A stretch of 64,000 nucleotides of DNA from Flavobacteriales bacterium UBA5422 (GTDB lineage Bacteria > Bacteroidota > Bacteroidia > Flavobacteriales_D > Crocinitomicaceae), in contig DHNG01000030.1 in NCBI GenBank assembly GCA_002409405.1, positions 46,579 through 110,578 on the forward strand, read 5' to 3'. Each line of letters begins with the position of its first letter. Position 1 is the stretch's first letter. Below the pieces are notes generated by a model. The model was not told the DNA's origin and ran no database searches. It saw nothing but the letters and a program-made list of their open reading frames with translations. Of this stretch, positions 30,432 through 39,842 are shown piece by piece. The translations under genes were made by a program, and so were the position numbers.

Positions 30432-31277
30432 ATGGCAGAATATCTTTCTCAAAAAGAACTGGTTAAAAAGATCGAATCAAATCTGGAACAATTGGAGTCC
30501 GGAACTCTTGACTTGTTAGCGATAGAAGCTCATTTGGATTTAGTTCGTGAATTATATGAGCGTACGATTGTCCTTCGTTATAAAGCTTTTGAACATCACT
30601 CATCTGTTGAGATTGCTACTCCTGTAATTCCATCCGTGGAAGAAGTAGCACCGGTTATTGAAGCTCAGGAATTACATGAAGAAGTTCAATCTTTTGAGGC
30701 AACTGATTCATTCGAGTTTTCAGATCAACCGATTGTTGAAGAAAAAGAAGCAGCTGAAATTGAATTTGATTTCTTCAGTTCACCGGAGCCGGAAGTTGTT
30801 GAAGAACAAGAACAAACAGCAGAAGAGCCTGCTGCTGATTTTTTTCCTTCAGAAACATCAGATTTGTTAAAAAATGAAGAGCCGGAACCCATTCATGAGG
30901 AACAAGATTCAGAAACAATTGAACCGGCTGTAATCCAGGACAATCATTTTGTAACAGAAGAAGTTACCGCATCCGGAACTTCTGAATTTGTCAATAAAGT
31001 ATTCGAAGTGGAACGTGAAATCCGCAACCAGATTGGATTTAATTCACTTCCTTCACTGATTGGTTCGTTTGGATTAAATGAACGGTTATTGTATATTAAC
31101 GAACTTTTTGATGGTTCAAGTGAATCTTTTTCAGAATCGATTAAACACCTGGACGCTCGATCTAACCTTTCCGAAGCCGCTGATTACGTAGAAAACATTG
31201 CAGGAAAGTTTAATTGGGATATTGAAAGTGAGACTGTTGAAGAATTTATACAAAAACTCTGTCGCCGCTACGCATAA
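30432..31277 (+). CDS. Conserved hypothetical protein with acidic linker
   Basis: Helical N-terminus (ELYERTIVL.Y), E/P-rich middle, C-terminal GLNERL.YINELF.G...W....V..F....RRY domain. Confidence 0.75.
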   Translation: MAEYLSQKELVKKIESNLEQLESGTLDLLAIEAHLDLVRELYERTIVLRYKAFEHHSSVEIATPVIPSVEEVAPVIEAQELHEEVQSFEATDSFEFSDQPIVEEKEAAEIEFDFFSSPEPEVVEEQEQTAEEPAADFFPSETSDLLKNEEPEPIHEEQDSETIEPAVIQDNHFVTEEVTASGTSEFVNKVFEVEREIRNQIGFNSLPSLIGSFGLNERLLYINELFDGSSESFSESIKHLDARSNLSEAADYVENIAGKFNWDIESETVEEFIQKLCRRYA

Positions 31278-32565
31278 ACTAACGTTTTGCGTTTGGATCG
31301 TTTTTTCATTTGGAACTGCTTCCTCTTTCGCACAAGTCGAAGAGGTAAAACGAGTTGTCCAACAATTGTGTTCTCCCGAATTTCATGGAAGAGGGTATGT
31401 CAATGGCGGTGATTCTATTGCTGCTGAATACATTGCTTCCGAATTTCAAAAAGCCGGACTACACAATTTAACACCCAACTATTTCCAGTATTTTTCCTTT
31501 CCGGTAAATACCTTTCCGGGCAAAGCTGACTTTTCTGTTGATGGCCGCAAACTGATTGTTGGCAAAGATATCATTGTTGATCCCGCTTCTCCTTCTTATG
31601 AAGGGCTTCTGAAATACACGATCCTTCCCGCATCCACTATTTTAGATGCCGACAAAGTGATTGAGAAACTTCAGCAAGCTATGTCCGGAGAAATCTTCAA
31701 CAGCATCGCAATTGATTATCGGAATGTACATCCCGACACATTCAAAATCATCAAAGACTTTCAATATGAATTGGTGCAATTCGTTCCTGTAATTATTATT
31801 ACGGATAAAAAATTTGTCTGGTCCGTGGCCGAAAAACAGTTAACCAACCCAATCTTTGAACTGCAATCGGATATCGCAGACGGCACACCCATTCAGGTAA
31901 ATCTGAATGCTGTTCTGAAAAAAGAACACCGTGCAAAGAATGTCATCGGGTACCTTCCTGCGGAGAAAAGCACAAAGAAAACCATTGTGTTTACTGCTCA
32001 TTATGATCACCTGGGGCGGCTGGGGCAGGAAACGTATTTCCCGGGAGCAAATGACAATGCCAGCGGGACAGCAATGCTGATTGCTCTTGCCAATTATTTT
32101 CGCCAACACCGCGTTGACTACAACCTCTTATTTATTGCGTTTGCAGGTGAAGAAATTGGCCTGTTGGGTTCAAAGTACTACGTTGAAAATCCTGTAAAAT
32201 CTTTGAAAGACATTTCTTTTTTATTGAATCTGGATATTTTCGGAAGTGGTGAGGATGGTATCACTGTTGTCAATGGAAGTATTTTCCTGGAACATTTCGA
32301 CCTGTTGACGGACATCAATGAAGAAAAACAACTACTCACCCAAATTAAATCGAGAGGGTACGCTGCCAATTCTGATCATTACTGGTTTACCGATGCCGGT
32401 GTTCCTTCTTTTTTCATTTATACGATGGGATTGAACCGTCACTATCACGATACAGGTGATACCTTTGAAAATCTCTCTTTTGCAGAAGTCAATGATTTGA
32501 CAACCTTACTTTCTACCTTCATCGAACGATTGGATACTGTAAAAATCAGCAAGAAAAAGAAATAA
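31270..32565 (+). CDS. M28 family metallopeptidase, exported (start codon uncertain: ACG 31270 or TTG 31237)
   Basis: AHYDHLG, GANDNASG, AGEEIGLLGS, LNLD, SDH and YH zinc-ligand motifs. Confidence 0.9.
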   Translation, partial: THKLTFCVWIVFSFGTASSFAQVEEVKRVVQQLCSPEFHGRGYVNGGDSIAAEYIASEFQKAGLHNLTPNYFQYFSFPVNTFPGKADFSVDGRKLIVGKDIIVDPASPSYEGLLKYTILPASTILDADKVIEKLQQAMSGEIFNSIAIDYRNVHPDTFKIIKDFQYELVQFVPVIIITDKKFVWSVAEKQLTNPIFELQSDIADGTPIQVNLNAVLKKEHRAKNVIGYLPAEKSTKKTIVFTAHYDHLGRLGQETYFPGANDNASGTAMLIALANYFRQHRVDYNLLFIAFAGEEIGLLGSKYYVENPVKSLKDISFLLNLDIFGSGEDGITVVNGSIFLEHFDLLTDINEEKQLLTQIKSRGYAANSDHYWFTDAGVPSFFIYTMGLNRHYHDTGDTFENLSFAEVNDLTTLLSTFIERLDTVKISKKKK

Positions 32566-32670
32566 TTGACACCCGCTGGTCTGTGCCGGAATCTCGCGCA
32601 CGCAAAAAATAAATCTATTTTTCTTTGTTCATATACCACAAAAAAGGTATTTTTGTGGTGAATTTTACGG

Positions 32671-32693
32671 TTATTTATATTTAATCTAAATAA
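32671..32693. promoter_or_regulatory. Palindromic operator (Fur-like box candidate) upstream of the suf operon
   Basis: TTATTTA-N9-TAAATAA between a TATTTTTG -7 box (32648) and the sufA start. Confidence 0.55.
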
Positions 32694-32712
32694 TTTAGAT
32701 ATTAGAGGGGTT

Positions 32713-33036
32713 ATGATTACGGTTACAGAAAACGCTAAAAATCAAGCGATTCGTTTGATGAGCGAAGACGGAAAGGATGGGTATTTCATCCGTGTCGGCG
32801 TAGAAGGTGGTGGATGCTCCGGTTTGCGCTATCAATTAACGTTTGACAATCAGGAAACAGAAAACGATAAAAGTTTTGAAGACAACGGAGTGAAGGTTGT
32901 CGTGGATAAAAAAAGTTTTCTCTATCTCGTTGGAACAACACTTGATTTCTCAGGTGGTTTGAACGGAAAAGGGTTTATATTTTCAAACCCGAATGCAGAA
33001 CGTACGTGCGGTTGTGGAGAGTCGTTTTCTCTCTAA
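32713..33036 (+). CDS. sufA: A-type Fe-S carrier (HesB/IscA/SufA family)
   Basis: GGGCSG and CGCGESF motifs; first gene of the suf operon. Confidence 0.9.
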   Translation: MITVTENAKNQAIRLMSEDGKDGYFIRVGVEGGGCSGLRYQLTFDNQETENDKSFEDNGVKVVVDKKSFLYLVGTTLDFSGGLNGKGFIFSNPNAERTCGCGESFSL

Positions 33037-33078
33037 GAGTTGAAAAAGAAGCAAACGTGCTTCACTGATAAATGTAGT

Positions 33079-34524
33079 ATGGGATATACAGAAAATGAAT
33101 TAGCTGAGGACCTGAAAAATCAGGAGTATAAGTTCGGTTTTACAACAGATATTGAGTCGGATAAGGCTCCAAAAGGGTTAAATGAAGACATCATCCGGTT
33201 GATTTCCTCTAAGAAAAATGAACCGGAATGGTTATTGGAATACCGTTTGAATGCTTTCAAAATATGGCAGGGAATGACAGAGCCGGAATGGGCACATGTC
33301 AATTACAACAAACCCGATTTTCAAGGAATTACTTATTACGCAGCTCCGAAGCAAACAAAAAAATACGAATCGTGGGATGACGTGGATCCGGAATTGAAAG
33401 AAACCATGAAAAAACTGGGGATTTCAATGGAAGAGCAAAAACGTCTCACGGGTGTGGCTGTTGACTTCGTAATGGACTCGGTTTCAGTTGCTACGTCGTT
33501 CAAAGAAAAACTAAAAGAACTCGGAATCATTTTCTGTTCTTTTTCAGATGCTGTTCAGGAACATCCCGATTTGATAAAGAAATACATGGGAACAGTAGTT
33601 CCTACCACAGATAATTTCTATGCTGCATTAAACTCAGCTGTTTTTACGGACGGTTCATTTTGTTACATTCCAAAGGGAGTAAGATGCCCGATGGAGTTGT
33701 CTACCTATTTCCGGATCAACGAAGGAGGAACAGGACAGTTTGAACGGACGCTGGTTGTTGCTGATGAAGGTTCTTATGTCTCTTACCTGGAAGGCTGTAC
33801 CGCTCCGCAACGTGATGAGAATCAGTTGCACGCAGCAGTTGTTGAGTTAATTGCATTGGAAAATGCTGAAATAAAATATTCAACGGTTCAGAACTGGTAT
33901 CCTGGTGATAAGGAAGGGAAGGGAGGTGTGTTCAACTTCGTTACCAAACGAGGAATGTGTGAACGCAATTCCAAAATTTCGTGGACACAGGTTGAGACAG
34001 GTTCGGCTGTTACCTGGAAATATCCTTCTTGTATTCTGAAAGGAGACAATTCGGTAGGCGAATTCTATTCCGTTGCCGTTACCAATAATTTCCAACAGGC
34101 GGATACCGGGACAAAAATGATTCACTTGGGTAAAAACACTAAAAGTACGATCATTTCAAAAGGTATTTCTGCAGGAAAATCACAAAACTCCTACCGTGGA
34201 TTGGTTCAAATTCACAAGGGAGCAGAAAACGCGCGCAATTTTTCTCAGTGTGATTCACTGCTCATGACAGATGAATGTGGTGCACATACGTTCCCGTATA
34301 TTGAATGCAAGAACAGCACGGCAAAAATCGAACACGAAGCAACAACGTCAAAAATTGGTGAAGACCAGATTTTCTATTGTTTGCAACGCGGTATTTCAGA
34401 AGAGAAGGCAATCAGTCTGATCGTGAACGGGTATTGTAAAGACGTATTGAATCAATTGCCAATGGAATTTGCTGTTGAAGCACAGAAATTATTGGCGATT
34501 AGCCTGGAAAACTCAGTAGGGTAA
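33079..34524 (+). CDS. sufB: Fe-S cluster assembly protein SufB
   Basis: FAALNSAV-like [51 protein letters not shown]. Confidence 0.97.
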   Translation: MGYTENELAEDLKNQEYKFGFTTDIESDKAPKGLNEDIIRLISSKKNEPEWLLEYRLNAFKIWQGMTEPEWAHVNYNKPDFQGITYYAAPKQTKKYESWDDVDPELKETMKKLGISMEEQKRLTGVAVDFVMDSVSVATSFKEKLKELGIIFCSFSDAVQEHPDLIKKYMGTVVPTTDNFYAALNSAVFTDGSFCYIPKGVRCPMELSTYFRINEGGTGQFERTLVVADEGSYVSYLEGCTAPQRDENQLHAAVVELIALENAEIKYSTVQNWYPGDKEGKGGVFNFVTKRGMCERNSKISWTQVETGSAVTWKYPSCILKGDNSVGEFYSVAVTNNFQQADTGTKMIHLGKNTKSTIISKGISAGKSQNSYRGLVQIHKGAENARNFSQCDSLLMTDECGAHTFPYIECKNSTAKIEHEATTSKIGEDQIFYCLQRGISEEKAISLIVNGYCKDVLNQLPMEFAVEAQKLLAISLENSVG

Positions 34525-34597
34525 ATTTGAAGTAAAAAATAGGAAATAAACTCAAATTGCAGCTGTATACGAATCTGCAATTTGCAATTTGCAATGT

Positions 34598-35356
34598 ATG
34601 ATTAAAATAGAAAACTTACATGCCTCTATCGATGGCAAAGAGATATTAAAAGGATTGAACCTGGAAGTAAAGGCAGGAGAAGTTCACGCGATCATGGGGC
34701 CAAACGGTGCCGGTAAATCTACGTTGGCATCTGTTCTTGCCGGACGTGAAGAATACGAAATCACAGCAGGATCCGTTGATTTTGACGGTACAGATTTATT
34801 AGAGTTGAGCACAGAAGACCGTGCACGTGAAGGATTATTCTTGGCATTCCAGTATCCGGTAGAAATTCCGGGGGTTTCCAATATCAATTTTTTGCGCACA
34901 GCATTGAATGAAATTCGCGAATACAGAGGAGAAGCAGCTGTTTCTGCAAAAGATTTCATGGCAATGGTGAAAGAAAAGTCAAAATTGGTGGAGTTGGATT
35001 CTAAACTGGCAAACCGTTCGGTAAACGAAGGATTCTCCGGAGGAGAAAAGAAGCGCAATGAAATTTTCCAGATGGCAATGCTCGAACCGAAGCTGGCAAT
35101 TCTGGATGAAACAGATTCCGGTCTGGATATTGACGCACTACGCATTGTTGCAGGTGGAGTAAACGCCTTGAAAAGCAATGAAAATGCGACCATCGTCATT
35201 ACTCACTACCAACGTTTACTGGATTACATCGTTCCTGATTTTGTACACGTACTTTACAATGGAAAAATTGTGAAGTCAGGGCCGAAAGAACTGGCTCTGG
35301 AACTGGAAGAAAAAGGGTACGACTGGATTAAAGCTGAATTGGGAGAAACGGTTTAA
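34598..35356 (+). CDS. sufC: Fe-S cluster assembly ATPase SufC
   Basis: GPNGAGKST, FQYPVEIPGV, NEGFSGGEKKRNE, DETDSGLDIDAL, ITHYQRLL. Confidence 0.97.
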   Translation: MIKIENLHASIDGKEILKGLNLEVKAGEVHAIMGPNGAGKSTLASVLAGREEYEITAGSVDFDGTDLLELSTEDRAREGLFLAFQYPVEIPGVSNINFLRTALNEIREYRGEAAVSAKDFMAMVKEKSKLVELDSKLANRSVNEGFSGGEKKRNEIFQMAMLEPKLAILDETDSGLDIDALRIVAGGVNALKSNENATIVITHYQRLLDYIVPDFVHVLYNGKIVKSGPKELALELEEKGYDWIKAELGETV

Positions 35357-35383
35357 GAACTGTTTTCTAAAAAGAAATACACA

Positions 35384-36646
35384 ATGACTGAAGTTATTCA
35401 AGAAAGCAAAATCGCGAAATTCAGAGAGGGATTGCCAAAAACACACCTTTCGTTTCGTGAAAACATATTGAAAACAGCGGAAAATACACTTTCCACGCTT
35501 GATTTCCCCACAACAAGAAATGAGCGCTGGAAGTACACACGCGTTGCTAAAATTGCCAATAAATCATTCACAGCAAAGCAAGGAACCGTCGGAACCTTAC
35601 ACTTACCTGTTGAAGATGCATATACCATTGTTTTTGTCAATGGTTTCTACAACCAGGAATTGTCTTCATCGGATTGTCCTGAAGGAGTAACGATCGCTGC
35701 ATTATCTGAAACAACGGAAGGAAATAGCCTGTTAGGAGAAAATGTACGTATTGATACGAATGTCTTTACTGCATTAAATACATTACACGCTACAGATGGT
35801 GCATATATTCACCTGAAAGCAAAAACAATCGTTGAAAAACCGATTCAGCTCGTTCATGTTTTAACAGGAGAGAATACAATCGCAATAACACGAAACGTGA
35901 TTGTGAGTGAACGTTTTTCAGAAGCTGAAATCGTACAGGTTTTCCTGACGGAAAATGCAATTGAATCGTTTGCAAATAACGTAACGGAAATATTCGTAGA
36001 AGAAAACGCAACGTTATCATTTGATAAACTGCAAAATGAAACGGAAGGTAATTTTCACATCTCAACTGAGCACGTCAAACAAGCTGCGCATTCCAATTTC
36101 AAGATCAATACCATTACTCTGAACGGAGGATTGGTTCGCAATGACCTGTTCATCGATGTGGTAGGAGAGAACGTGGAAACACACCTCAACGGAACGTATG
36201 TTTTAAAAGGAAATCAACATGTAGACAACCACACAACGGTTGACCATTTGAAGCCGAATTGTGAATCCAACGAATTGTACAAAGGAGTCGTAGATGAAAG
36301 TGCAACAGCAGTATTCAACGGAAAGGTGTTTGTTCGGAAGGATGCGCAAAAAATCAATGCCTACCAGTCCAACGGAAATGTATTGTTATCCGATACTGCT
36401 TCGGTGAATTCAAAACCAGAACTGGAAATTTATGCGGATGATGTGAAATGTTCGCACGGTTCAACAACCGGGCAACTGGATGAGGACGCGATTTACTACC
36501 TGCGTGCGCGGGGAATTTCTGAGAAATCAGCAAAAGCATTAATGGTGACTGCATTCATTGGAGATGTAATTGATAAAATTAACAACGAATCCGTTGTGGA
36601 ATATGTGCACACTGCATTACACGACCGATTCGGGTGGGATTTTTAA
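35384..36646 (+). CDS. sufD: Fe-S cluster assembly protein SufD
   Basis: PTTRNERWKYT, VFNGKV.V.K.AQK..A.Q, KPELEIYADDVKCSHG, YYLRARGI. Confidence 0.95.
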   Translation: MTEVIQESKIAKFREGLPKTHLSFRENILKTAENTLSTLDFPTTRNERWKYTRVAKIANKSFTAKQGTVGTLHLPVEDAYTIVFVNGFYNQELSSSDCPEGVTIAALSETTEGNSLLGENVRIDTNVFTALNTLHATDGAYIHLKAKTIVEKPIQLVHVLTGENTIAITRNVIVSERFSEAEIVQVFLTENAIESFANNVTEIFVEENATLSFDKLQNETEGNFHISTEHVKQAAHSNFKINTITLNGGLVRNDLFIDVVGENVETHLNGTYVLKGNQHVDNHTTVDHLKPNCESNELYKGVVDESATAVFNGKVFVRKDAQKINAYQSNGNVLLSDTASVNSKPELEIYADDVKCSHGSTTGQLDEDAIYYLRARGISEKSAKALMVTAFIGDVIDKINNESVVEYVHTALHDRFGWDF

Positions 36647-36659
36647 ACAAAGAGAGAAA

Positions 36660-36690
36660 CAGGGTGTATGAGTGCACCCTGCTGTCTTTA
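36660..36690 (+). terminator. Probable terminator after sufD
   Basis: CAGGGTG-tatgagtg-CACCCTG then ctgtcttt. Confidence 0.55.
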
Positions 36691-37006
36691 AACTACACTA
36701 CTGATTAACTGAATTCTTCGTTCCATTCGTTTTTAAAACATTTCCATAGCAGGTGTTTTCGTTTTACAATCTCTTTTTTGTAATATCCATACTTGCAAAA
36801 GCAATCATTTCAAAAATATATTTTAGTGCTTTCCACTAATATATATCTGCCTCATATCCAATAAAATATAATGTGTGATTTACAAATCTTGTCCGTTACG
36901 TATACTATTTTGCGAGATTCGAACATCTTTAACTGAACTTATTTTTTGCTTGATGAGCTGTGAACCAAACAATTGTTATTTTTGATTTGTTTTTAGTTCT
37001 CAGCTT

Positions 37007-38020
37007 ATGGATAGTTTACTATTAAATACATCCGTATTTTGCGTATCGGGTATCATTATTTGGTATTGCTCAAACAAACTTTCAGATATTGTTGATTATG
37101 TTGATGACAGGTTTAACTTAGGTGCAGCTTTTGGCGGTACAATCATTTTGTCTATTGCTACAAACCTTCCTGAACTTGCAATTGTTGTGCAAGGTGTTTT
37201 ACAACATGATACATCTCTGGCTATCGGAAATATTTTAGGCGGTATTGCATTACAAACAATCTTACTGAGTCTGTTTGATTTTGCTTCCAGAAAAAATGAA
37301 CAGCGGCCGTTTTCTAATTTGGTCGGACATCCTGTTTCAATTTTGCAAGGTGTTTTTTTAGTTTCGATTTTAGCTTTTGTTATTATGGGCACACAGTTCA
37401 ACAAAACCAAAATCAGTCCTGATTTTCCGGTTGCTGAAATCTTTATTTTTCTTTTTTGGCTGCTTAGCTTGTATTTACTTCATAAAGGAAAAAAGACAAT
37501 CAGTGCTTCTCCCGCAACAGAAATCAACGAAAAAGTAATTGGTATTCAACTTACACCGACAAAAGCTTTGATTTTACTAGCTGTTTTGAGTACATGTATC
37601 CTCATTTTTGGTTATTTGCTTGGAGTCACAAGCGATGCGTTAGCCAATTACTATCATATAGACGGAGTTATTTTTGGTGCAACCATATTGGCATTTGTTA
37701 CAAGTTTACCTGAAATATCAGGGGGGTTAGCATTTATTAAACAGAAAAGCTATCAACCTATCATAAGCGATATCTTTGGAGGAAATGCATTCTTGCCGGT
37801 ATTATTCCTCATCGCTTCCATTATCAATCACAACACCTTACTCACGGAAGCAGGGCATTCGGATATCTACCTGACAGCTTTATCAATTATTTTAACCTGC
37901 ATCTACTTAATCGGAATCATTTTAAAACCTCAAAAACGAAAATTAGGTATGGGAATTGATTCCTGGTTTGCATTAATTATTTACATAATTGGAATCGTTT
38001 GCATAACAATTGTCGCCTGA
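37007..38020 (+). CDS. Sodium:calcium antiporter family protein (CaCA)
   Basis: Two alpha repeats ATNLPEL...GNILG and VTSLPEI...SDIFGGN; about 10 TM helices. Confidence 0.9.
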   Translation: MDSLLLNTSVFCVSGIIIWYCSNKLSDIVDYVDDRFNLGAAFGGTIILSIATNLPELAIVVQGVLQHDTSLAIGNILGGIALQTILLSLFDFASRKNEQRPFSNLVGHPVSILQGVFLVSILAFVIMGTQFNKTKISPDFPVAEIFIFLFWLLSLYLLHKGKKTISASPATEINEKVIGIQLTPTKALILLAVLSTCILIFGYLLGVTSDALANYYHIDGVIFGATILAFVTSLPEISGGLAFIKQKSYQPIISDIFGGNAFLPVLFLIASIINHNTLLTEAGHSDIYLTALSIILTCIYLIGIILKPQKRKLGMGIDSWFALIIYIIGIVCITIVA

Positions 38021-38123
38021 GAAATTTGAATCTGCGCCTCTCCATTCGTTTCCTCCGAATATGGATGTTTTATATGTTCCGGGTGAGATTGATAACTGAA
38101 TTTCAGTTAAAAATATTTTTCTC

Positions 38124-38426
38124 CTACAACTCCCCGTCTCTAAATTTCCTTCTCCATTCCATCTTTTCCCGTTCCCGCTCAATCAGTAAGCGAGCAATGA
38201 TTTCTCCTGCAGAAATAGTTCCGGATGTATCCGCCAGGGCAGCCTTTACTTTTGATTCCGAAACGTCCATGCGGTACAAAATAGAAACCAACTTATTAAA
38301 ATCGGAAAGTACAAGCTCATTGAGATAAGCACTCAGCTCATCAAATAAATCAACCTGTTCAGACCGGATCAACTCCTCCGGTAAACCAACGATTGTTGCC
38401 ACTGTGACTTGTGATTCATCCTTCAT
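38124..38426 (-). CDS. Small conserved hypothetical protein
   Basis: LNELV..DF.KL.SILYR.DVSE.KV...IARL.IERE..K...R motif typical of a Bacteroidota hypothetical family; overlaps the TetR stop. Confidence 0.75.
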   Translation of the reverse strand: MKDESQVTVATIVGLPEELIRSEQVDLFDELSAYLNELVLSDFNKLVSILYRMDVSESKVKAALADTSGTISAGEIIARLLIEREREKMEWRRKFRDGEL

Positions 38427-39057
38427 TTTCAATGCCTGTCCGCACATTATTAATCGCGATTCTCATTTCTTCACCTGTGCAGGTAAGATACGGCTTCCAT
38501 GTCCAAACGGATTGCTCTGCAAAATATAAATACGGAGCTTCGCTGTAATCAAACACATCCCGGTAAGCGATCCAGCTATTGTTCCAGATGACGATTTGCT
38601 GAAAATGTGCTTCCTGTTCTTTTAGAGATATATCAGAACGCATTAACCCCATTCGTTGTAATTCCTTCATTGTTACGTCAAAATCTTGCTTTCGTTGCCG
38701 GAGCATAGCCTTGAAACGAACTTCCAGGTAATCTGTTCTACGGGCAATGACCAATCGATCTGTGAATAAAAAACGATACTCCCACATTTCCCGGAACGTG
38801 ACAAACTGTGTATAAAAGGCTTTTTCCATGAAGTTTTTCGGTTGAACCTGCATCAATTCTACTGATAATGCCTCCATATCAGTCAAAAAACGATCAATCG
38901 CGCAGATAATAAGTGCATCCCGATTCGGATAGTGGTAGTGTAGATTTCCCAGACTGATTCCCATCTCTTTTGAAATGTATAACGTCGTTACCTGTTCAAC
39001 CCCCTCCCGGTTAAATAGTTCGATGGCTTTCAACAGTATTTTTTCCTTTGTTTTCAC
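38416..39057 (-). CDS. TetR/AcrR family transcriptional regulator
   Basis: N-terminal HTH KEKIL.KAIELFNREG...T...ISKEMGIS.GNL.YHYPN. Confidence 0.92.
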   Translation of the reverse strand: MKTKEKILLKAIELFNREGVEQVTTLYISKEMGISLGNLHYHYPNRDALIICAIDRFLTDMEALSVELMQVQPKNFMEKAFYTQFVTFREMWEYRFLFTDRLVIARRTDYLEVRFKAMLRQRKQDFDVTMKELQRMGLMRSDISLKEQEAHFQQIVIWNNSWIAYRDVFDYSEAPYLYFAEQSVWTWKPYLTCTGEEMRIAINNVRTGIENEG

Positions 39058-39165
39058 ATCTCTTTTTTGCTCCTTAAAAGTAAGGAAAATTAATTCTTTT
39101 CAAAATTAGCTAATTTTAGCTAAAAATGGTATTTTTGTTCTAATAATGATCAAATACAGCAATAA

Positions 39166-39459
39166 ATGTCAGTTGAACGAAAATGTCCGGACTGCAATCA
39201 TTGGAATCGTGAAAACGATTATTGTTCTGTTTGCGGAACAGTGTTGTCTCCGGCAATTATTGAAGACAAAAGAGAAGAAGAACGGGAAGAAAGACGAAAA
39301 AACGAACCCAAAACACCACTGGATCTTTTTCTTGAAAATTGGGAAAATTCCCGGTTCCTTCTAATCAGAATCAGTTTCAAAATAGTTTATACTATTTGGG
39401 CAATCGTCATGGGAATCGCCTTCTTTTTTGCTTACCTGACAATTGGCTCCAATGGTTAA
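39166..39459 (+). CDS. Small zinc-ribbon membrane protein
   Basis: CPDC...CSVC motifs plus a C-terminal TM helix. Confidence 0.7.
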   Translation: MSVERKCPDCNHWNRENDYCSVCGTVLSPAIIEDKREEEREERRKNEPKTPLDLFLENWENSRFLLIRISFKIVYTIWAIVMGIAFFFAYLTIGSNG

Positions 39460-39835
39460 ATTGTTTTCAAATCCGCAAAAATTACTGTTCTTGTTGACCA
39501 TTCTTTATCTGGTAACACGTTATTTGCGTGCCCAGGGTGTAGAACTTCCATCCTTTTTCATATTTCACTTCACTGATTTATTATTCATCCCGATACAACT
39601 GACCATTTGCCTGATATCCGTTCGGTTGCTCAAGCGGGATCATCGCATATGCATCCCTGTTTCACTTGTTGGCTGTATTACAGGATGGATGGCTGTATTA
39701 TTTGAATGGTACCTTCCTGTTCACAAGGGTTCCAACCAACACACTCCGGATGGAATGGACGTATTGATGTATTGTTTCGGAGGATGTTTATTTCTGATTC
39801 TCCAGAAGACATGGCTCTCTCCGGATAATCAGTAA
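39452..39835 (+). CDS. Small multi-pass membrane protein
   Basis: Four hydrophobic segments, TDLLFIP, FEWYLP and T.D..DV.MY..G motifs; overlaps the upstream stop. Confidence 0.7.
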   Translation: MVKLFSNPQKLLFLLTILYLVTRYLRAQGVELPSFFIFHFTDLLFIPIQLTICLISVRLLKRDHRICIPVSLVGCITGWMAVLFEWYLPVHKGSNQHTPDGMDVLMYCFGGCLFLILQKTWLSPDNQ

Positions 39836-39842
39836 TCATTCT

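Noticed and set aside
36700-36900. Degenerate GIY-YIG nuclease remnant on the - strand
   Set aside because: Only a vague fragment (VWILQKRDCKTKTPAME) interrupted by stops, with no GIY or YIG motif; not supportable.
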